Virus record (IMG/VR): IMGVR_UViG_3300028805_000041
Coordinates: 128,001 to 192,000 of that record
Origin: a virus
Lineage: Duplodnaviria > Caudoviricetes
Direction: 5' to 3' (one strand)
DNA: 64,000 nucleotides
Under the pieces are notes generated by a model that saw only the letters and a program-made list of their open reading frames with translations, did no database searches and was not told where the DNA came from. The position numbers and the translations under genes were made by a program. This document shows, one piece after another, positions 10,211 through 19,660 of the stretch. The first letter of the stretch is position 1. The number at the start of each line of letters is the position of its first letter.

Positions 10211-13200
10211 ATGGCAAGTGCGAGAATAAATCATACTGATCCTACGGAACAACAGGGGGTCACGAATGGAAGAATTGTTTACTTTGAACCTAATGAAATA
10301 TTTGGTCTCAAGGAGGTTAGCGGTGTTGAATATGACCGTAATACTGCATATGTAAGGGATGCGGTTGGTGATAACGTAACCCTTAGGAATGAGGACCTTA
10401 CAATGAGTGTGGACCTTCAGGTGATTATACCTGATAGGACAAAGGTTTACCATAGTGGTATGGATTCAATTGTGAGTGATTCACAAACAAACAAATGGGC
10501 TTCCATAATGGGTGGAAGTCCTATAAAGGTAGAGAGAAACGGACAGACATACTATGAGTTGACCACCAATTATACTGAGGCTACATATTCTGAAGTTCGT
10601 ATGGATGGGTACAGTCAAAGAGAGATGCTAAACATAAGAAGCATCTCAATTGGTTTTGGTGCTTATTTTTATCCTGAGGTGACAATGACGATGGTTGATG
10701 TCAGGGGTTTTGCGTTAATGATGCCGTCAGAGGATTTGTTTAGACATAATATTTTAGAGGAGGTAGGAATGAAGGATACGGACGCAAAAGGTAGTTTTTT
10801 CCGCTCGTTATTCCACCTGCCGTATCCGAGATTTCTTTTAACGATAAAGGGATATTATGGCAAACCGGTAACATTTAATCTTTCAGTGTCAACATTCAAT
10901 ACATCATTTGACTCAAAGACGGGGGATTTCATTGTGACGATAAAGTTCATCGGTCATATGCTTGGTGTGTACAGTGACTTACCGTTCAATCTGTTATTGA
11001 TTGCCCCATACATTGGTTTGGACCCAAGGAACGTTGAAGTAACAAAAGAGGGAAAGGCTAACACGGGCAGATATTGGAATAGGGAGAAATTCAGATATGT
11101 TGATGGCACATATTTAAGTGGTGATGGCACTATAATGACATTTGTCGAATTCTTCCAAAGAATGACAAGCATTACCGGACAGACATCTATTGGATCTTCT
11201 GAGATTAGACACGATGAAAATGACATCGACATGTTGAATTCGTATAAGGGTTCCTTGTCATTACTTAAGAGTACTATATCTGAATTCATCGCTAATTTTG
11301 ATAAAGGAAAAAGGCGTGCTTTAACAGAATATGCAAAAAACGGTATCGTTGTATTTTACAATAATTTGTTATATAAGAATGGTTCATGCGAATTACAAAT
11401 TAATGGTGATGCAATTGATAAGTTAGATTCCGGCATTAAACTTTTCCTTAAAAACACAGGTGAGTATGCTGATAGAATAAACAGACTAATGGAGCCGCCA
11501 AAAATCGAAAGTACCGAACAAATGTTAAAAGATATGTTCTTTTGCCATAATATTTCGAAAAGAAAGGATGGTGAAAAAGATGTCTATGTGTTGATAATGA
11601 ACGACCCGCTTCATTTTTCGAATGGAGGAAATGACGTTGGAAGAAATATATTCGGTGATGATGAAACATATGACAAAATCTTAGAAATGTTTAAAGAAAA
11701 TGGCAGCAAGATAAGTAATACAATGCCATATGCATTTATAGAAGATTGGGTTAAATATTTGCTTAAAACTGAAGAAATTGTCCAAAATATTATAGATAAA
11801 AACAAGGAAGAAACAGAAAGAAATAAAAATCTTTTAACGGTGACAACATTAGGTTTCTTACCGACTGTAAGAAACATGTTCAGGATGATGTTTGCACACG
11901 TAAATGCATTTACGGAATCATTCTACGCCCTATTGGACGGTATTGAAAGAGATACTGCTGACGGAAAGAGGAGGATGTCCAACTGCGGACTCTCGATTAA
12001 CGAAACGGATATGGTGAATGGAAGCGGAAATGACGATAGTCTCGCACCGTTCCCAATGGTCTATAAACCATCTGCCGACAATAATGGTATGGAGGTATAC
12101 TATCCCGGATATTCAGACAATGAAACATTGAGAAATATACGTGAGGTAAAATATGTTGACGATTTGATTAAAACAATATTCGGCGTAAAGAGTAGTATTG
12201 ATGATATTATAAAGGAAACCGCGGATAATTCTGAAGAACTTAAGAATATGATTAGGGATCTTGAGAATAGGCTCAGTGAACACGAAAATGACCTGTATGC
12301 ACATGGTTATAATGGTGATATGGGTGGTTATAATTACTCGGATGCTAGTATAAGTCAGGGACTAAGTAAAGAACTAAAGACAAATGAGATTATTTTCTTA
12401 ATTGATCAAATAGATAGTAGTAATCCATATAGTGCGGCGGTAAATAGGTCAATGCAAATAAGTGACAGTGTCGGTTTACCGGATAAAATTTTCCCAATAT
12501 TATATATTGGTGCATTAAGGTTCTGTCTTGCCTTAATGTATTGTCGAGATGTTGATTATTTCCAAAAAACACTGAAAAGAGAGACTGAGCAATGCACAAT
12601 TCACATTAAAAATGTGACTAATGGTAAACAATATAAATCATTTAAAAAGGAAGAATTATTTAATAGTTTTAAAAGTCGTATCGTAACAACTACAAAAGGA
12701 AATAATATAGTTAGTAAAGCCGATACAAGCCTTGCTGGCTACAGTCTTGTTGCTCGTCTGTTCTCCAAACCAAAAGACCTTTTCAGTAATAATGGAAAAA
12801 CAATGAATGACAAGATAAAATTGATTAAGGAATATCCGGTTAAGATTAACAAGTTTGATTCAACAAGTAGCAGTAAAAGTCCAAATTTAATTGTAACTGA
12901 CAATTCAATAATGCGTTTTGCACATAGGAATGATTCTGTAAATGAAAAACTTAAAAACGGAAACCGCTCTAAATTTAAAAATTATAGGGGTGCTGTGGAT
13001 GAAAGAACATATTTTGGTTTGGCATATTGGAATCATTTTGACAAGATATTATATGGACCAAAGTATATATGCCAATATATGTCTGTATCAAAAAAGATAA
13101 ACGTATATACCGATGGTGGTATTATAAAAAATGGATTTGCACCGTGTGATGATACCTACAATATAACGTTTAAAACTGATAAACGATTTAATCCTTGGCT

Positions 13201-14230
13201 TGTGTGTGCAAAGGTCGGTTTAATAAAGTCTGCAAAGTTAGCACGTTATGCTAATGGTTCAGAGGAATACAAAACAATACATGGTGTGTCAAAAGATAAA
13301 GTGTATTGTTGGCCGACTATAGGTAATCATCATGTTGGGTGGTTCATTGAAGAAACCGAAACCACTGCTATGGTTGCAAACGAAAATGGCGGTGCTGATA
13401 AAAAGAAAATTAAACTCTGCACACCGGTAACAGGAGATGAAAAAAGATATAGTTTAGCCAAAAATTATTATAAAAAATGTTGTGACAATTATAATAAAAA
13501 CCCAAATGACTATTGTAAAAGCCGTTTTATGAGCACGGCCAATTTTGAGTTAGATAGAACAAAGGATAAATGGGATGTTTTATATGAACTTACTCAGGCT
13601 TTTGGTTTTTTTGACCATATAGAACAAATCGGTAACTTTAAATATAGTCCGGATAGTTGTTCCGTTTTTGAAATGGATGGCGCATCAATGGTGACATATT
13701 CATTACCGGAATTGATTGCAATATACAAATATTATCAAAAAAAATCCAACAAAACGGCAATTGAAAAAGTAAAAAATTTCTTAGACAATTGGGGAACATC
13801 TACTTATTTGAGTGACGGAAAAGTAAATAATTTGGATTTTGTTATTGAGTCTTATTTTAACGATGAAGAAGGTTCTGAATGGACAAAGGCAAATAGTTGG
13901 ACCACATTACCGGAGGATATTGTAAAAAACAAAAATACAAATACAAAGTGCATATACGTTGGGAATGGCTTTGACAATGGTGCACTTGAAGAAATTGTTA
14001 AATATTGCATTAAATCAAAAAAGAATGCCGCAAGAATTGCGTTTTTCCTTGAACGTTTTGACTTTGTGACAATAATGCCTTATTGTAATATGAAAGAATC
14101 TAAGGTACAAGTAACAAACACAAGTCCAACCGTTGGGGTAGCAAACACAAGTAAAATTACATTGACAATGACAGAAGACAAAGTAATAAATTACCTAAGA
14201 CAATTTTTCAATGGTATCTCACTTGGTTAA
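10211..14230 (+). CDS. large baseplate hub-like virion protein (N-terminal part)
   Basis: About 1339 aa; PEVTMTMVDVRG, FFRSLFHLPYPRFLLTIKGYYGKPV and PTVRNMFRMMFAH motifs; ATG at 10211 preferred over TTG at 10208. Confidence 0.55.
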   Translation: MASARINHTDPTEQQGVTNGRIVYFEPNEIFGLKEVSGVEYDRNTAYVRDAVGDNVTLRNEDLTMSVDLQVIIPDRTKVYHSGMDSIVSDSQTNKWASIMGGSPIKVERNGQTYYELTTNYTEATYSEVRMDGYSQREMLNIRSISIGFGAYFYPEVTMTMVDVRGFALMMPSEDLFRHNILEEVGMKDTDAKGSFFRSLFHLPYPRFLLTIKGYYGKPVTFNLSVSTFNTSFDSKTGDFIVTIKFIGHMLGVYSDLPFNLLLIAPYIGLDPRNVEVTKEGKANTGRYWNREKFRYVDGTYLSGDGTIMTFVEFFQRMTSITGQTSIGSSEIRHDENDIDMLNSYKGSLSLLKSTISEFIANFDKGKRRALTEYAKNGIVVFYNNLLYKNGSCELQINGDAIDKLDSGIKLFLKNTGEYADRINRLMEPPKIESTEQMLKDMFFCHNISKRKDGEKDVYVLIMNDPLHFSNGGNDVGRNIFGDDETYDKILEMFKENGSKISNTMPYAFIEDWVKYLLKTEEIVQNIIDKNKEETERNKNLLTVTTLGFLPTVRNMFRMMFAHVNAFTESFYALLDGIERDTADGKRRMSNCGLSINETDMVNGSGNDDSLAPFPMVYKPSADNNGMEVYYPGYSDNETLRNIREVKYVDDLIKTIFGVKSSIDDIIKETADNSEELKNMIRDLENRLSEHENDLYAHGYNGDMGGYNYSDASISQGLSKELKTNEIIFLIDQIDSSNPYSAAVNRSMQISDSVGLPDKIFPILYIGALRFCLALMYCRDVDYFQKTLKRETEQCTIHIKNVTNGKQYKSFKKEELFNSFKSRIVTTTKGNNIVSKADTSLAGYSLVARLFSKPKDLFSNNGKTMNDKIKLIKEYPVKINKFDSTSSSKSPNLIVTDNSIMRFAHRNDSVNEKLKNGNRSKFKNYRGAVDERTYFGLAYWNHFDKILYGPKYICQYMSVSKKINVYTDGGIIKNGFAPCDDTYNITFKTDKRFNPWLVCAKVGLIKSAKLARYANGSEEYKTIHGVSKDKVYCWPTIGNHHVGWFIEETETTAMVANENGGADKKKIKLCTPVTGDEKRYSLAKNYYKKCCDNYNKNPNDYCKSRFMSTANFELDRTKDKWDVLYELTQAFGFFDHIEQIGNFKYSPDSCSVFEMDGASMVTYSLPELIAIYKYYQKKSNKTAIEKVKNFLDNWGTSTYLSDGKVNNLDFVIESYFNDEEGSEWTKANSWTTLPEDIVKNKNTNTKCIYVGNGFDNGALEEIVKYCIKSKKNAARIAFFLERFDFVTIMPYCNMKESKVQVTNTSPTVGVANTSKITLTMTEDKVINYLRQFFNGISLG

Positions 14231-14262
14231 AATAACAGTGGAATGTTTTTTAGTATATAGAA

Positions 14263-16599
14263 ATGGCAGGCAATGTAGAAGACATAATTAAGTTGAATGG
14301 TTATGACAATGACAATGAAACTAATGGAATGAGAGCATTAAGGCTTTCGCTGTATATGACTCTTAAGAATCTCCATGACAAATGGTTAACGTCATACAAT
14401 AGAGACAGATTCACTGTAAATGACCCTTACGAAGAAAGGAGACAGACCAAGGACAAACTATTGTTTGGTGACCCGCCAAAGAGTGAATTCAGTAATTTCA
14501 TATATGTTGACTCATTCTATAACGACATAGGTGACAGATTACTGATGAATCCCCAAACAATGTACAATTATATCAAAGACCATAGAGACTATAAAGATGG
14601 CGCAAATCTGTCCACATATCAAATAATGGCAAGATTGTGTGAGGATAATAAACTGATATTCATAACACTTCCGATTTTCAACAATTACAATGACCCGAAT
14701 TTCATTGTGAATATGTTTAGACCGACAAGTGATATGACAATGAAGGTTGGTGATATGTCCACATATCTCGTAATGTATACACACAACATTTCGCACGTAC
14801 TTCCAAATAGAGACGAAGATAAATTCAGAAATGACGGTTTTGATATTGCTGATGTTACGGGAGAAATAAGCCCTGATGCAATAACACTGTTCAAGGAAGA
14901 GGATACGGAAGAAGGAAGGGCACAAGGAAGGGATAAACTAAATGTAAAGATTCCCGCATTCGGTGTGACATTTGCGAGACAGAATCAAAGTATATTCAAA
15001 AACATTACCGTTAATATGGAATCCCCGAAATTGACGGACTATTCAATCTCAAATATGTTTAAAATTGCAAGAATGACAGGTGCGGGCGGTGCATATGAGA
15101 AGACAACACAGATGAAAACCATTGCACAGGACGCATATTCCGTGTTTGCAAATCAATCGTATACATGTACGGTTGAAATGCTTGGGTGTATGAATATAAT
15201 GCCGATGATGTATTTCCAATTGAATAATGTCCCAATGTTTCGTGGCGCGTATATGATAATAAGCGTCAAACACGACATCAAAGCGGGAAATATGACAACG
15301 AAATTCACGGGTGTCAGGGTTTCTAAGATAAGGAAAGAGTTTGTTAACAATACATTCCTCTTATCTCCGTTTGTTCAAAAACTTATTGGTAATGATGCTG
15401 AGGAAATTAAACGGGCCATCCTAAAAGAATATGGTGTAATGACAACAAGACGAAATCAAAGACTGTACAGTGAATCAGAACTCAATTCGAATATATGGTC
15501 TGCACCAAAAGATATGACAACATGGATGATACCTGAAGATTGTAAGGAGATTGATAGTGTTCGAAGTGTCTTGTCGAAAAATGTAATATGGGAAAGGGGC
15601 AAAATATATAAAGTAGGAAAGGAAGATGCTGTCGGTTTTTCTATGTATGCAGTTATATATTGGATATGTAAGGGATTCAAATCGCCATATGATGAATACA
15701 TTACTTTCTGTAGATTTGCCAATTTGAAAAACCCATTAAACGATGGTAAAGTTATGGAGAACTATTTAGGGTTTCCATTATTTAATGACTTCGATACCAT
15801 TGATGATTTGAAAGAATTCACATTTTCCGTCGGTGATGTCCTGTCTTTGAGATTGTTACATGAAGGACAAACGGTTTATTGGTATGCAATGTATGATGGT
15901 AAAAAGTTTGTTAGTGACATAATACATGATGAAAACATATTACCAAACGGATATTCAATTGAGGAAGAAGATTTTAGCAAACCAATAAAACTCTACCGTT
16001 ACAGTAGTGTGGCGTTTACACATGGTGAAATGTACAAGCAAGTATACAATGATAAGGTCAATAATATACCACCACCAATTAAAGATAACGAAATAAGTAG
16101 ACGCTTTACACTTGAGCAACTGATAGTAACAACCCATAAAAATGTCAACAACAACCCAAATAATGAGGAACGCGCACATCTTAAAGAACTGTGTGAGAAT
16201 ATATTAGACCCATTGTATGAGGCTACAAAAGCCAAATTTGGTGGAATTGAAATAACAAGTGCATTCAGAAGCAAGGCGTTAAATAAGGTTGTTAATGGTT
16301 CCGGTACTTCAGCACACCTTGAAGGATATGCGGCCGATATAAAACCCGCCAAAAAGGGAAGTGTTAACGAATTATATGACTTTATGAAACGATGGCTTGA
16401 GGACCGTGATTTTGACCAATTATTAAATGAATACAGAAGTGAAACAAGGGAACCCGGAAGACTAATTGGCAAAGTCAATCAGCATTGGGTTCATATCGGT
16501 TATAAGAATAAAGAAGGTAGACAAAAAAGGGAGGCTGCAATCTTTTATAATGATACTTATGCAAAAGGTGAGCAAACAGAAACAATTCCAAGAAAATAA
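14263..16599 (+). CDS. baseplate hub C-terminal protein fused to Peptidase M15 (tail-associated lysin)
   Basis: SYTCTVEMLG...GAYMIISVKHDI...MTTKFTGVR hub motif; C-terminal ITSAFRS...SAHLEGYAADI...FDQLL.E...WVHIGY M15 Zn-peptidase signature. Confidence 0.75.
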   Translation: MAGNVEDIIKLNGYDNDNETNGMRALRLSLYMTLKNLHDKWLTSYNRDRFTVNDPYEERRQTKDKLLFGDPPKSEFSNFIYVDSFYNDIGDRLLMNPQTMYNYIKDHRDYKDGANLSTYQIMARLCEDNKLIFITLPIFNNYNDPNFIVNMFRPTSDMTMKVGDMSTYLVMYTHNISHVLPNRDEDKFRNDGFDIADVTGEISPDAITLFKEEDTEEGRAQGRDKLNVKIPAFGVTFARQNQSIFKNITVNMESPKLTDYSISNMFKIARMTGAGGAYEKTTQMKTIAQDAYSVFANQSYTCTVEMLGCMNIMPMMYFQLNNVPMFRGAYMIISVKHDIKAGNMTTKFTGVRVSKIRKEFVNNTFLLSPFVQKLIGNDAEEIKRAILKEYGVMTTRRNQRLYSESELNSNIWSAPKDMTTWMIPEDCKEIDSVRSVLSKNVIWERGKIYKVGKEDAVGFSMYAVIYWICKGFKSPYDEYITFCRFANLKNPLNDGKVMENYLGFPLFNDFDTIDDLKEFTFSVGDVLSLRLLHEGQTVYWYAMYDGKKFVSDIIHDENILPNGYSIEEEDFSKPIKLYRYSSVAFTHGEMYKQVYNDKVNNIPPPIKDNEISRRFTLEQLIVTTHKNVNNNPNNEERAHLKELCENILDPLYEATKAKFGGIEITSAFRSKALNKVVNGSGTSAHLEGYAADIKPAKKGSVNELYDFMKRWLEDRDFDQLLNEYRSETREPGRLIGKVNQHWVHIGYKNKEGRQKREAAIFYNDTYAKGEQTETIPRK

Positions 16600-16610
16600 T
16601 TTTTTTTTGA

Positions 16611-16618
16611 TATATTTG
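16611..16618 (+). promoter_or_regulatory. Bacteroidota-type -7 promoter element (TAnnTTTG)
   Basis: TATATTTG ending 4 nt before ATG 16623. Confidence 0.45.
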
Positions 16619-16622
16619 GAAC

Positions 16623-17243
16623 ATGCACATAGGAGTTATTGTTTCAGATGATCAAAAGATAGTTGGTTCTGTCTTTATTAAAGTTGTAAGCCCGAAAGAC
16701 TATAAGGATGACGGCTCGTATACCTTGTTTGTTGGGAAGAACACAGTCAGTGAAATTCTTCCTGACTACAATATACGATATTTAGATAAACAGATTGACG
16801 ACAGGCACTTTTGGACATTCTCAAGATACGAAAAGAGAAATATCTTCGAGGAAGATATAGACAGTTTCAAACGTTATGTATTCGAAAAGGTGTTCAAACA
16901 GGTTAAATACAAACCAATTGAAGTGTTACAAAATGACTTGTCGGATACAAAGGCACTAATTTTGTCTCTTTCAGATGAGAATAAAAAATACGCATATGTT
17001 GATGACAGGGCCATTTATGTGTATTACAATGGAACAATATACGGTTTGTCGTTTGATGAAATGGAGTATATTGGCTTCAGTAGGGAGAGAACAATACTAT
17101 TCCTGAAAAAGTATAAAAATATGACATTCATTTTCAATGACGGCTTCATAACAAACGGTGAAAAAACAATCTTAGGTTCTGAATGCAAATATATTCCATA
17201 TCTATATTTCATAACTAATTCAAGACATTTTCAGATTAAATAA
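16623..17243 (+). CDS. hypothetical phage protein
   Basis: 206-aa ORF; no recognised domain. Confidence 0.6.
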   Translation: MHIGVIVSDDQKIVGSVFIKVVSPKDYKDDGSYTLFVGKNTVSEILPDYNIRYLDKQIDDRHFWTFSRYEKRNIFEEDIDSFKRYVFEKVFKQVKYKPIEVLQNDLSDTKALILSLSDENKKYAYVDDRAIYVYYNGTIYGLSFDEMEYIGFSRERTILFLKKYKNMTFIFNDGFITNGEKTILGSECKYIPYLYFITNSRHFQIK

Positions 17244-17244
17244 C

Positions 17245-17251
17245 TATTTAT
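17245..17251 (+). promoter_or_regulatory. putative late promoter TATTTAT
   Basis: 21 nt upstream of ATG 17273. Confidence 0.55.
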
Positions 17252-17272
17252 AGTATAATAAGGAGTAATTAT

Positions 17273-17491
17273 ATGTTCATATTCAAGAGAGGCAACAGCC
17301 TAAAGAATGTACAATATAGTACAAAGAAAAAGAAACCGAAAAGTCTTGAACCTTTAAAAATTGCACAAAAAAAGAAAAAGGCTCAAGTGAAAATGCCAAT
17401 CAACAATGAGGTGATGGCAATCGAGGAAACGGTAGCAACGAAAAAGAACAACAAGAAAATAGAGAAAAATAAGGAAGAAGAAAATATATAA
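17273..17491 (+). CDS. small Lys-rich hypothetical protein
   Basis: 72 aa, very basic; AAGGAG upstream. Confidence 0.6.
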   Translation: MFIFKRGNSLKNVQYSTKKKKPKSLEPLKIAQKKKKAQVKMPINNEVMAIEETVATKKNNKKIEKNKEEENI

Positions 17492-17495
17492 TGTT

Positions 17496-17666
17496 ATGGC
17501 AGTTTTAAATTCTAATAAGATAAATGAAGCCGAACAGATAATTAATGGATTAACAGACAACAAGGTTGTTAAAAAAGTGAAGAAAGACCGCGGTCTCATG
17601 GAACGTTCGGAAGTTGAACAGAAAATAATCCTCGAAGAGGACAATAGACAGGTTATTTTTGGATAA
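17496..17666 (+). CDS. small hypothetical protein (56 aa, missed by ORF track)
   Basis: Manual translation MAVLNSNKINEAEQIINGLTDNKVVKKVKKDRGLMERSEVEQKIILEEDNRQVIFG*; fills the gap between neighbours with 4-nt spacers. Confidence 0.65.
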   Translation: MAVLNSNKINEAEQIINGLTDNKVVKKVKKDRGLMERSEVEQKIILEEDNRQVIFG

Positions 17667-17670
17667 AGAA

Positions 17671-18519
17671 ATGGTAAAGAAAGCAAACATTACAGAACAG
17701 TATAAGGAAAGATTCCGCCAAATATGTGAAATGACATCATATGCCGTCGATGGCGGTATCGAGGAAGCCGATGATCAAGCCGAAAACCAACCGGCAGACG
17801 GTGGTGGTATGCCCCCTATGGACGGAGGTGACTCTAATGGTGGTGGTATGCCTCCTATGGGTAGTGGTGATCCCAATGGCGGAGGTATGCCCCCTATGGG
17901 TGGCGGAGACCCTAACGGTGGTGATATGCCTCCTATGGGTGGCGTAGACCCTAATGGTGGCGGTGCCCAATCAGGACCTGACGGATTTGATCCTCAAGTA
18001 CAGGACCCGAATATGATGGGTGGTGATCCAAATGGTGGTATGCCTCCTATGGATGGTGGTATGCCTGAAGGACCCGCACCTGAAGATGATGTGGTTGATA
18101 TTTCTCAATTAACTGATGCTCAGGAAGAAACAAAAGACGAAGTTGAGAGTCTCGACAATAAGTTCTCCGAAATAATGAAGCACATTGGAGCATTTGAGGA
18201 ACTTCTCAGAAGAAATGATGAAAAAATTGAGGACCTTAAGGCTGAATTTGAAAAGAGAAACCCGACACAGATAGAGAAACTTGGTTTACAGACAACCAAG
18301 TCATATCCATTTAATGTGACTCCCGCAGATTTTTGGAAGGAAAAGGAAGCAACAACAAATTACAGTACCGAACCCGACAATAATGGTGTGGGACAAGGAC
18401 AGTATGTCATTACTAAGGATGACGTGAACGGTGCAGTTGATTGGAAATCCATATCTGACTCTATGGATGATGATGATTTCATCTATAATCAGACACTTGA
18501 CGGAGTATTGAAGATATAA
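17671..18519 (+). CDS. acidic protein with GGMPPM low-complexity repeats and coiled coil; possible scaffold/internal head protein
   Basis: ATG at 17671; Gly/Pro/Met repeats followed by a heptad-like LDNKFSEIMKHIGAFEELL segment; in a TATTTAT-led operon. Confidence 0.55.
   Translation: MVKKANITEQYKERFRQICEMTSYAVDGGIEEADDQAENQPADGGGMPPMDGGDSNGGGMPPMGSGDPNGGGMPPMGGGDPNGGDMPPMGGVDPNGGGAQSGPDGFDPQVQDPNMMGGDPNGGMPPMDGGMPEGPAPEDDVVDISQLTDAQEETKDEVESLDNKFSEIMKHIGAFEELLRRNDEKIEDLKAEFEKRNPTQIEKLGLQTTKSYPFNVTPADFWKEKEATTNYSTEPDNNGVGQGQYVITKDDVNGAVDWKSISDSMDDDDFIYNQTLDGVLKI
17800..17955 (+). repeat. 4 x 39-nt coding tandem repeat (GGGMPPMxGGDPN)
   Basis: ggtggtggtatgccccctatg... units with 39-nt period; a further partial copy lies near 18020-18060. 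Confidence 0.85.
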
Positions 18520-18556
18520 AGGTAAAGGGGCTTTATATATTTTTGTTATTTGTTTG

Positions 18557-18594
18557 GTGGGAATGGTATGGGTGGTATCATTTCCACTTTTTTT
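18557..18594 (+). terminator. Rho-independent terminator
   Basis: gtgggaatggtat / gtatcatttccac stem (with G-U pairs) plus T run. Confidence 0.65.
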
Positions 18595-18604
18595 GTATAT
18601 TTGT
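18593..18604 (+). promoter_or_regulatory. Bacteroidota-type promoter TTGTATATTTGT (SSB-RecA operon)
   Basis: Matches the TAnnTTTG -7 box; identical 12-mer at 21873, 23106 and on the minus strand at 54802-54813. Confidence 0.65.
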
Positions 18605-18646
18605 ATTATAAATAATAAACATAATTTAGTTAAAATTTAAGAAAAA

Positions 18647-19657
18647 ATGGAAGATTTGAAAAAGAAAAACATTACCATCGACGCGATGGAGGACTTTGAC
18701 AACAACAATGCTAAACCGGTTGTTAAGAACACGACATTTGATGCTAAGAACTATCTTAACGTTCGTCTTGACACTAAAAAGGGTGAATTGGAAAAGGAGA
18801 TGAAGATTCGTTTACTTCCAATTCTTGATGGTGGAAAGTATGTACCGTTCAAGGTAATCAAGATGCACAGCATTAAGGTTCCTGAAGAAATTTCCGAAAG
18901 CGGCTTCAAGAGTTACGTATGTCTTGAAAAGGTTGATGACATTGATCATGAAAAGTACGGAAACAAGTGCCCGTTCTGTGAAATGAACAGGGAGGCGTAC
19001 AAGAAGTTCACTGAAGCCGACAATAACGTAGAAAGGGAACTTTACAAGAAAATCTCTCTTGCAAATAAAGCAATTGATGTTGGTATAATCCGTTGTATTG
19101 AACGTGGTCATGAGGAAGATGGTCCAAAGTTTTGGAAATTTAATATCAGACAAGACGAGAAGGATCCGATGCATCAGATAAATAACATCTACAAGACACG
19201 TATGAGGGAGAGCATTGAGGAAGGAGACGGTGAGTTTAATGTGCTTGATCTTTATGAGGGAAAGGATTTGAAGGTCACAATAACCGCAGTGCTTGACAAG
19301 AACACGAACAAGCCAACAAACAAGACAAGTGTAAGTATCGTTGACTATGGAAAGATTAAGCCCATCTCTGAAGACGATGAACTTATAGAGAAGTGGGTTG
19401 ATGACCCAAAGGTTTGGTCTGATGTATTTGTACCAAAGACATACGATTACCTCTCTATCCTTAATGAAGGCGGTATTCCTTGGTTTGACAGGAATGCAAA
19501 CAAGTGGGTGCCAAAGAGTGTTGTAGATGAAGAGGTACAGAAACAAAAGGAAGAGACAAAGGTCAAAGCAGACGAAATGGACAAGGAAATTGAAAAAGCA
19601 AAACAGTCAGTTACTACTGTTATTGTAGAAAATAATGAAGAAGAATTACCTTTTTAA
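18647..19657 (+). CDS. single-stranded DNA-binding protein (T4 gp32-like)
   Basis: IRLLP, YVCL...CPFCE Zn-type motif, DLYEGKDLKVT, acidic C-terminal tail EEELPF. Confidence 0.75.
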   Translation: MEDLKKKNITIDAMEDFDNNNAKPVVKNTTFDAKNYLNVRLDTKKGELEKEMKIRLLPILDGGKYVPFKVIKMHSIKVPEEISESGFKSYVCLEKVDDIDHEKYGNKCPFCEMNREAYKKFTEADNNVERELYKKISLANKAIDVGIIRCIERGHEEDGPKFWKFNIRQDEKDPMHQINNIYKTRMRESIEEGDGEFNVLDLYEGKDLKVTITAVLDKNTNKPTNKTSVSIVDYGKIKPISEDDELIEKWVDDPKVWSDVFVPKTYDYLSILNEGGIPWFDRNANKWVPKSVVDEEVQKQKEETKVKADEMDKEIEKAKQSVTTVIVENNEEELPF

Positions 19658-19660
19658 AAA

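Noticed and set aside
17800-17955. CRISPR-like array
   Set aside because: Units are contiguous in-frame coding repeats with wobble variation and no unique spacers.
18812-19546. 244-aa antisense ORF and the many other short opposite-strand or nested ORFs in the track
   Set aside because: They are shadows of well-supported genes, with no motifs or expression signals.
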